Origin: Acidobacteriota bacterium
GTDB taxonomy: Bacteria > Acidobacteriota > UBA890 > WLXD01
Assembly (NCBI GenBank): GCA_963666215.2
Contig: CAXWPL010000004.1
Location: 416,001-480,000, forward strand
Length of the DNA: 64,000 nt
Direction of reading: 5' to 3'
Below, in pieces: positions 57,880 through 64,000 of the stretch (positions are counted from its first letter, which is position 1; each line of letters starts with the position of its first letter). Made by a program: the position numbers and the translations under genes. The notes under the pieces were generated by a model that searched no databases, had not been told where the DNA came from, and saw nothing but the letters and a program-made list of their open reading frames with translations.

Positions 57880-59052
57880 TCAGCGCCCGCCTGCGCTTCG
57901 TGTTCTGACGCGCTCCAGCAGCTCCTCAACCAGCTCGGTTTGGCGATCCCCGCTGAACCGCGTGGTCGCCAGGCGGCGGGCCTCTTGGCCCATCGTGCGA
58001 ACCGTCGCCCGGTCGGCGGCGAGAGACGCGATGGATCTTGCTAGTTTCTCGATGTCGCCCGACGGGTAGAAGCGCGCGGCACCGGTGAGATGCTCGCGCA
58101 TGTACTCGATATCAACGGTGACAATGGGCAGACCCGCGGCGAGAAACTCGAACAGCTTCAACGGCGACCAGTACCAGCCCAGTTGTAGCGCCGGGTGCGC
58201 GGCCAGATTGAATGGCGCCAAGCCCACGTCGGCCGCCGCCAAGCGCGCCGGCACCTCGAGATGAGGAACGGCGCCGGGAAACTCGACACGATCCTCCACA
58301 CCCGCCGAACGAGCGACGGCTCGGGCGGCGTCCCAGCGTGGGCCGTGGCCGAGGAACGAAACCTGGATGTCGACGCCGAGCTCCACACACCTGGCCACAG
58401 CCCGCACCAGATCTTCGGCGCCGTGCCAGGCGCGAAAACTGCTCAGGTACACGCAACGCAACGGTCCGTCGTTACTGGTCGGCGGCCCGGGCTGGAATCG
58501 CTCGGTGTCGGCGCCATTGACAACGTCGACGTAGCCCTCCCGATACTCCTCCGGCATCACCAGCGCCGCCTGTCCGTAGAACGCCGAGGCCATCTCCATC
58601 TGCGCACGACGCCATCGCGCGATGGGCCGTATGAGAGAAAGCGCGTCGAGGCGATCGCGCCACGAGCCCGGGTACGGTCGCGCCGGCGTATGCACTTCGG
58701 CCACGGCCGGAACGCCCAGCGCGCGCGCAGCCAGCAACCCCGTACCACCGAAAGCATGGAAACGCTCGATGACGATCTCGGGCCCGACCCGCTCGGCAAT
58801 GCGCCGGACCTGTTTTCGTGCGGTCCACTGCAGCTGGTCCATCGCCAGCCACGGTCGTACCGGATAAAGGCGAATGCCCTGCAACCAGTCCGCGGTCTCG
58901 GCGGTCGTGCCAGGCTCGCCTGCTTGGGCAACGAGATGCAGCTCGTGCCCGCGCCGAACCAATCCGCGCGCCAGCTCGATGGTGTGAACGCTGCCGCCGT
59001 GCGAGCCCGGAATCGGAATCCCGGTGGTCACGTAGAGAATGCGCAAGTTCAG
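57880..59052 (-). CDS. Glycosyltransferase family 4
   Basis: RILYV...GGSVH..ELARGL..RGHE, NGADTERF, WHG, SPLKLFEFLAAGLPIV; exact start uncertain (59046-59052). Confidence 0.9.
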   Translation of the reverse strand: MNLRILYVTTGIPIPGSHGGSVHTIELARGLVRRGHELHLVAQAGEPGTTAETADWLQGIRLYPVRPWLAMDQLQWTARKQVRRIAERVGPEIVIERFHAFGGTGLLAARALGVPAVAEVHTPARPYPGSWRDRLDALSLIRPIARWRRAQMEMASAFYGQAALVMPEEYREGYVDVVNGADTERFQPGPPTSNDGPLRCVYLSSFRAWHGAEDLVRAVARCVELGVDIQVSFLGHGPRWDAARAVARSAGVEDRVEFPGAVPHLEVPARLAAADVGLAPFNLAAHPALQLGWYWSPLKLFEFLAAGLPIVTVDIEYMREHLTGAARFYPSGDIEKLARSIASLAADRATVRTMGQEARRLATTRFSGDRQTELVEELLERVRTRSAGGR

Positions 59053-60395
59053 CGGTGCTGCGGATTCGGGCGATCCGGGCGGCTCAGGGGACCGCCGTCC
59101 CAGTTCTGCGCACTCGAGATGTTCGGCATGCCGTGGTCGGCGCCGTTCCATCCCTGGAAGCCCTCCATGCGGAACGCCCAGAAGCCGCTGGTGGAGTCGG
59201 AAACCACAATCAACCCGTCGGCGTTGCGCACGTCGACGCCGAAGGCGCCGTTGAAGACGTCGGTGAAATCGGTATTCAACGACCCGAGGTAGGTGTCGTA
59301 GTAGGCGACGGTCTGCGGATTCTTCGGGTCGGCGAGCGTGAAGACTTGCAGCCCGTCGACGTAGCCCGAGACGAACACGTAGGGCCAGCGCACCTCGTGG
59401 TTATGAACCAGATGGCGCCAGTCGGCGGTCCAGGCCGAGATCGGCGTTCTGATGTTGCTGGTCTCGCCATCGAGCGCCGGCTTGAGGTCGAAAATCCGCA
59501 GCGGCGCGTATCGGTATTCGGTTTCGCCAATGGCATAGCGACCATCGGGCGACGGCGTGAAAGTGTGACCCCATTGCACGCCGCTGATCCCGGTGAGCGA
59601 GATCCGCAACGCCGGGTTCTCGAGGTCGGTCACGTCGTAGATGAAGTAGCCGCCCGTGCCGCCGCCGTAGAAGCGATCTTCGCCGCTGTCGGGGTGATGG
59701 CCGACGTAGAGGTCGTGGTAGCCCTGGAACGGGCCGTCGGTGCTACCCACGGGAACCTTGGCGACGAGCGCATCGTCCATGTCGCCGGCGATCACATGCC
59801 CCAGATCGTAGACGTAGGCGTACGGCCCGCCGACGGTAGTGAACAGCAGCACACGATCGTTGGTGTGCTTGTAGATGAAGATATTGTGGAAGCCGCCTGG
59901 GTACTCGGGGGCGCGCAGGCGAGCCACCTCTGTGACGCTGTCGGGGTCGGGCAACCCCGTGACGTCGAGCACCACCGCTCCCATGTCGGCGTCGGGACCG
60001 CCCTGCCCGAACTGGGTCGACTGCACCACGTAGTAACGCCCCTGCCATTTGAAATGCTTGACGTCCATGCCGCCCGCGCCGACGTGCAGGTCCTGATCCT
60101 CGATGCGCCAGCTGTAAATGACGCGCGGCTGGGCGGGGTCGTGGAGATCGATGATGTCCATGCCTCGCTCGCCGCCGCCGAGAATGTTGGCGCGACCGAT
60201 ATAGGCGTAGGGCCGCGACAGCTCCTGCTCGACGTCAATGTCGGTGACGCTGATGCGCGCGCCGAGCGGCAGGTGGGCGACAACCTCGAGATTGTCGCTG
60301 CCGCGCTTCTCGGCAGTCCACTGGGCGTGGGCAACCCAGCCACCGCTGAGGCTGGAAACAATCAGGAGCACGAACACACGCAACGGGATTCTCAC
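59049..60395 (-). CDS. Secreted LVIVD-repeat / choice-of-anchor-B-like beta-propeller protein
   Basis: Signal peptide; repeats GMDIIDLHDPAQP, VLDVTGLPDP, IYDVTDLENP, GLQVFTLADPKNP; HN/HD/HT motifs; GAFGVD. Confidence 0.8.
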   Translation of the reverse strand: MRIPLRVFVLLIVSSLSGGWVAHAQWTAEKRGSDNLEVVAHLPLGARISVTDIDVEQELSRPYAYIGRANILGGGERGMDIIDLHDPAQPRVIYSWRIEDQDLHVGAGGMDVKHFKWQGRYYVVQSTQFGQGGPDADMGAVVLDVTGLPDPDSVTEVARLRAPEYPGGFHNIFIYKHTNDRVLLFTTVGGPYAYVYDLGHVIAGDMDDALVAKVPVGSTDGPFQGYHDLYVGHHPDSGEDRFYGGGTGGYFIYDVTDLENPALRISLTGISGVQWGHTFTPSPDGRYAIGETEYRYAPLRIFDLKPALDGETSNIRTPISAWTADWRHLVHNHEVRWPYVFVSGYVDGLQVFTLADPKNPQTVAYYDTYLGSLNTDFTDVFNGAFGVDVRNADGLIVVSDSTSGFWAFRMEGFQGWNGADHGMPNISSAQNWDGGPLSRPDRPNPQHR

Positions 60396-60552
60396 CGGAC
60401 CCTCCAGAAAAGCTTCGTCAGCACGCCCGGGCTCGGGTCGGGATCGAGATCGCTCTTGCGGCTCTGCATGACAGCCGGAAACATTCCACACATCAAAGTT
60501 GCGGGCAACCGGAGCCCGCCCGACGGCCCTTCCACGAGATATCGCTACGGCG

Positions 60553-60978
60553 CTAGCTGGCGGATCCGCGCCTGGCCACGCGCTCGCCAACGATCAACAG
60601 TGCTGGAATCAGCGTCACGAACTGGGTCAGCGTGAACCAGACAGGCTCGGTGACCACCCCGAGAACGATGTTGCCGACGGCCACGAAAACGGTCATCGCT
60701 GCCGCGGCACGGACGGCGGTTTTGCCCCTCACGGCGCCGCCCACGAAGGCGGCAACAACGCCGGCCAGTGAGCCGGTAGCGAGCATGGCCAGCACCACGT
60801 ACACAACACCCACCATACCGGCTGGCAACTCGCCGTGCACGAACCACATCAGTACCGCCACGGAAAGACCGGTGGAAACAACCACGTATCCGGCAAGCGC
60901 TCCCGCGGCGACGCGGGCCCGGCCGCACCACAGGTCCCACGATGCTTTCTTGGCGTTCGCGTTCAACTGCACCTCCAC
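60553..60978 (-). CDS. Small hypothetical membrane protein (4 TM)
   Basis: Four hydrophobic segments, ending EPVWF..TQFVTLIPA; start uncertain. Confidence 0.55.
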   Translation of the reverse strand: MEVQLNANAKKASWDLWCGRARVAAGALAGYVVVSTGLSVAVLMWFVHGELPAGMVGVVYVVLAMLATGSLAGVVAAFVGGAVRGKTAVRAAAAMTVFVAVGNIVLGVVTEPVWFTLTQFVTLIPALLIVGERVARRGSAS

Positions 60979-61220
60979 GCACGCCCGAGCCGCGAGCGCG
61001 CTCCATGAAAGAGCGGGAATGGATCAGCAACGCCTGAGCGAGTGCAACGGCGACGATAACAGCAGCGGATCGCGGTCGGTCCGCCGAGACGGCTGCGAAG
61101 AGCGATGGGAGGACGGCACAACAACCTCGCCCTGCTAGAATGCGGCGCGCTTCGGGCGATGTCGGCCTGACGCCCGACGCTGAAGACCGCCATACACGTG
61201 GAGCATACGGAACCTGTCGC

Positions 61221-62258
61221 ATGGCACTCGCCCCAAACACCGCCCAAGACACCGCCTCCGCTGAGCCCCCAGGCTCTTCCCAACGAGCCGGCTGGGCGCT
61301 CGGTTGTGGGCTCGCCCTGCTGCTCGCAGGCCTGGCGGGCTGGCAGATCATCGAACGTGGTCACAGTGGGACGCCCCTGGTTTTTTCGCTGCTGGCGACC
61401 ACGCTGCTATTTCTGCCGTACACGCTGTTCGGCCTCACGAACCTGCCGCAGCGACTGCGACCCCGTCTCTCGCGACACGCCGCGGCTCTCCCACTGGCTG
61501 CGGCAGGGCTACTCGTCCCTTATCTGATTTACGGGCTCGGCACCGGCACCCTGTCGCTCACCAACCTCGCCATCATCGCGGCGTTCGTGATGGTTCCTAC
61601 GGCGATCGTCCTTGCTACTCGTAAGGCGGCGCCGGCTGCCGGAGCCATCATCGCGGTGCTGGCGATCTGGCTGCCTTTCGATTTTCGCTGGGTCCAAGGC
61701 TTGTGGACATGGCCCGAGGGACTCGGCGCCTACGGCCTGAGCACTGTGCTCGCGGTCGACGTCGCGCTGCTGCTTTTCGTTGCCTATCTGGGAACAGAGA
61801 ACGTCGGCTACCGCTTGCGGTGGACGCGTCTGGATGCCCGCGTGATTGTCGAGAACGCGGGGATTTTCGCGCTGATCGCGATCCCTCTCGGGCTGGCGAT
61901 CGGCTTCATCGCTTTCGAGCCGCGCAACTCCGGAGCTTTGTCGGCAATCGGGGCGTTTCTGGCGATCTTCATGTTCATCGCGCTGCCCGAGGAGTTCCTC
62001 TTCCGCGGCCTCATCCAGAACTTTTTCGAGCAGCGCTGGGGCAAGAACGCGGCGACGTTGGGCGCCGCGGCGCTGATCTTCGGCGCCTCGCACCTTAACA
62101 ACGGTGGTTTCCCCAACGTGAAGTACTTCATCCTGGCGACCATCGCCGGGGTGGTCTACGGCCGCGCGTTCCGCCAGTCGGGCGGCCTGATGGCGGGCGC
62201 CACCGTGCACGCACTCGTTGACGCCGTATGGCGCGAGCTCTTCCGCCCACCGGGTTGA
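61221..62258 (+). CDS. CPBP (CAAX protease/Abi) family intramembrane glutamic endopeptidase
   Basis: EEFLFRG, FGASH, H..VD motifs with multiple TM helices. Confidence 0.92.
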   Translation: MALAPNTAQDTASAEPPGSSQRAGWALGCGLALLLAGLAGWQIIERGHSGTPLVFSLLATTLLFLPYTLFGLTNLPQRLRPRLSRHAAALPLAAAGLLVPYLIYGLGTGTLSLTNLAIIAAFVMVPTAIVLATRKAAPAAGAIIAVLAIWLPFDFRWVQGLWTWPEGLGAYGLSTVLAVDVALLLFVAYLGTENVGYRLRWTRLDARVIVENAGIFALIAIPLGLAIGFIAFEPRNSGALSAIGAFLAIFMFIALPEEFLFRGLIQNFFEQRWGKNAATLGAAALIFGASHLNNGGFPNVKYFILATIAGVVYGRAFRQSGGLMAGATVHALVDAVWRELFRPPG

Positions 62259-62302
62259 GCTCGGTCAAGGAGCGGGGACCGCGCCGTAGGCCACCTGCGC
62301 CG

Positions 62303-62930
62303 CTAGGGACAGTTCATGATGACCGGGTTGTTCAACGGGGCGAACGGCGACGGCGTCTTGGCCCGGCTTTGAACCCTTCGCCTGTCTCCGGTGGCCGTAT
62401 CGGTGTAGTTGATGACCATCTGGGTCGTGACATCCGCGGCGAAGATCGAGAGATAGAAGCCGGGATTGTTGGTATCGCGACAGCGGTTCTTCGCCTCGAT
62501 GCGAACGTCCCCGGCCGTCCCTAGGCCCGGGCGCGCGAACGTCCCCGCGGCGAAGCCATTTCGCTTGACAACGCCTGTTTGGTCGGTCGCGTCGAACGGA
62601 TCGGTCCAGTCCATCGCGACTTCGAAGCGGTCCCCAAAGAGGCAGATCGTCTCGGAGTCAGGTGTGCAAGTCTCGGCTTGCCCTGCCGTGCATCCCACCC
62701 AGGCCTTGTCGAGCGTCGCGTTCCCGGACACTTCGAAGTCGGCGTGAAGCGTGCCTCCAGTACCCTCGACAAGAAACTCGCGGCCAAGGGCCTCCCTGCC
62801 AATGACTTCCCTGGGGAGATCCAGATCCCAGGACGCGTAGCCGCCGCGGTTGACGCGCGTTCGCCTAGAAAGGGGAACCGGCAGCGCGAAGATCACGTTG
62901 CCGTCATCGTCGAGAAGCTCGCCGACTAGT
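62303..62930 (-). pseudogene. 3' part of a secreted protein gene interrupted by IS481
   Basis: Removing the IS and one ACTAGT restores an open frame KGNIRFTLVGELLDDDGNVIFALP...; C-terminal CTPDSETICLFGDRFEVAMDW domain. Confidence 0.75.
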
Positions 62931-63973
62931 TGTGTTTTCTAAGTAGGTTGTTCACATCGGGGCTCACTTCTGAGATCAATGGGGTTGTTCAAAAGACTCC
63001 ACGACCTCAGAAGGAGCGCCCGATGCAGCTGCATGGTAACGCCCGCACGACGCCGTATATACGCCGAGAGATGGTCCGCCGAGTCCGGGAGCGGGCGGAG
63101 CCCGTGACGGAAACGGCGGCGGCGCTCGGCGTGTCGGCTCGAACGGTTTACAAGTGGCTGGATAGATACGAGCGAGAAGGTGAGGCCGGGCTGCTCGATC
63201 GATCAAGCCGGCCGACGTGCTGTCCGCACGCAACAAGCGCTGGAGTTGTGAGGCAGATCGACAAGCTACGTCGGCGGCGACTGACGGCCTGGCAGATCAG
63301 CCGAAGGTTGGCTGTGCCGCGCTCGACCGTCTCGGCGTGGCTGAAGCGGCTCGGACTCGCCAAGCTTGATGCGCTCGAGCCCAAGCCCGAGATCGTTCGC
63401 TACGAGTACGAGCACCCCGGTGACCTACTGCACCTGGATACGAAGAAACTGGCCCGTATCCGGCGACCTGGACACCGCATCCACGGCGACCGCTCCAAGC
63501 GGGCCTACGGCGTCGGCTGGGAGAACGCCCACGTCGCTATCGACGATCACTCTCGGGTGGCGTACGTCGAAGTGCTGCCCGCCGAAGACCAACACACCTG
63601 CACAGCGTTCCTGCAGCGAGCCGTCGAGCACTTCGCTTCGATGGGAGTAGCGGTGCGCCGAGTGATGACAGACAACGGGCCTGGCTACGTCTCGAAGCGC
63701 TTCAATCGCCTATGCCATCAACTCGAGATCCGGCACATTTACACCCGGCCCTACACCCCCAGAACCAACGGCAAAGCCGAACGCTTCATCCGCACACTCA
63801 AGGAGCAGTGGGCCTACGGCACCTGCTACCAGACCTCAGCTCGACGTACTCGAGCTCTACGGCCCTGGCTCAACCACTACAATCGTCACCGCCCCCACGC
63901 CGGCATCGGCATGACACCGCCGATCGCTCGGCTCTCAGGGGTGAGTTCGTGAACAACCTACCTAGAACTCACA
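62931..63973 (+). mobile_element. IS481-family insertion sequence with 6-bp target site duplication ACTAGT
   Basis: TGT...ACA ends; TIRs TGTGTTTTCTAAGTAGGTTGTTCAC / TGTGAGTTCTAGGTAGGTTGTTCAC; ACTAGT at 62925-62930 and 63974-63979. Confidence 0.95.
63023..63952 (+). CDS. IS481 family transposase
   Basis: HGNARTT (LZ_Tnp_IS481-like), RYEYEHPGDLLHLDTKKL, VAIDDHSR, TDNG, PRTNGKAERF, YNRHRPH. Confidence 0.96.
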   Translation: MQLHGNARTTPYIRREMVRRVRERAEPVTETAAALGVSARTVYKWLDRYEREGEAGLLDRSSRPTCCPHATSAGVVRQIDKLRRRRLTAWQISRRLAVPRSTVSAWLKRLGLAKLDALEPKPEIVRYEYEHPGDLLHLDTKKLARIRRPGHRIHGDRSKRAYGVGWENAHVAIDDHSRVAYVEVLPAEDQHTCTAFLQRAVEHFASMGVAVRRVMTDNGPGYVSKRFNRLCHQLEIRHIYTRPYTPRTNGKAERFIRTLKEQWAYGTCYQTSARRTRALRPWLNHYNRHRPHAGIGMTPPIARLSGVSS

Positions 63974-64000
63974 ACTAGTGTGAAACGAATGTTCCCTTTC

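Overview
GC-rich bacterial chromosomal window, probably from an Acidobacteriota-like genome (inferred from three PadR + ADOP-type ABC-permease pairs, ASPIC/UnbV and DUF885 content, and a secreted 'C..D..TICL.GDRFEV..W' domain). It holds tRNA-His(GTG)-hisS-hutH, a three-gene pntAA/pntAB/pntB transhydrogenase, a sarcosine-oxidase-like cluster with an apparent alpha-gamma fusion, a minor-pilin (PilX/V/W-like) cluster rich in repeats, four type II toxin-antitoxin modules, an RND pump, a PAS kinase/response regulator pair, RecQ, several hydrolases and two IS elements (IS256 family; IS481 family with a clean 6-bp target duplication). Many genes are broken by small indels, nonsense codons or abrupt chimeric junctions, which means either genome erosion or assembly/consensus error. 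The two most striking signals are: (1) a large FG-GAP/CRTAC1 - ASPIC/UnbV - thioredoxin(CxxC) reading frame with an in-frame UGA followed by a hairpin closely resembling the E. coli fdhF SECIS, a candidate unrecognised selenoprotein; (2) a tRNA-His with the non-canonical G1:U72/A73 identity set directly upstream of an alphaproteobacterial-type HisRS that is translationally coupled to a histidine ammonia-lyase-like gene. All family calls rest on motif recognition by eye; no database search was run.
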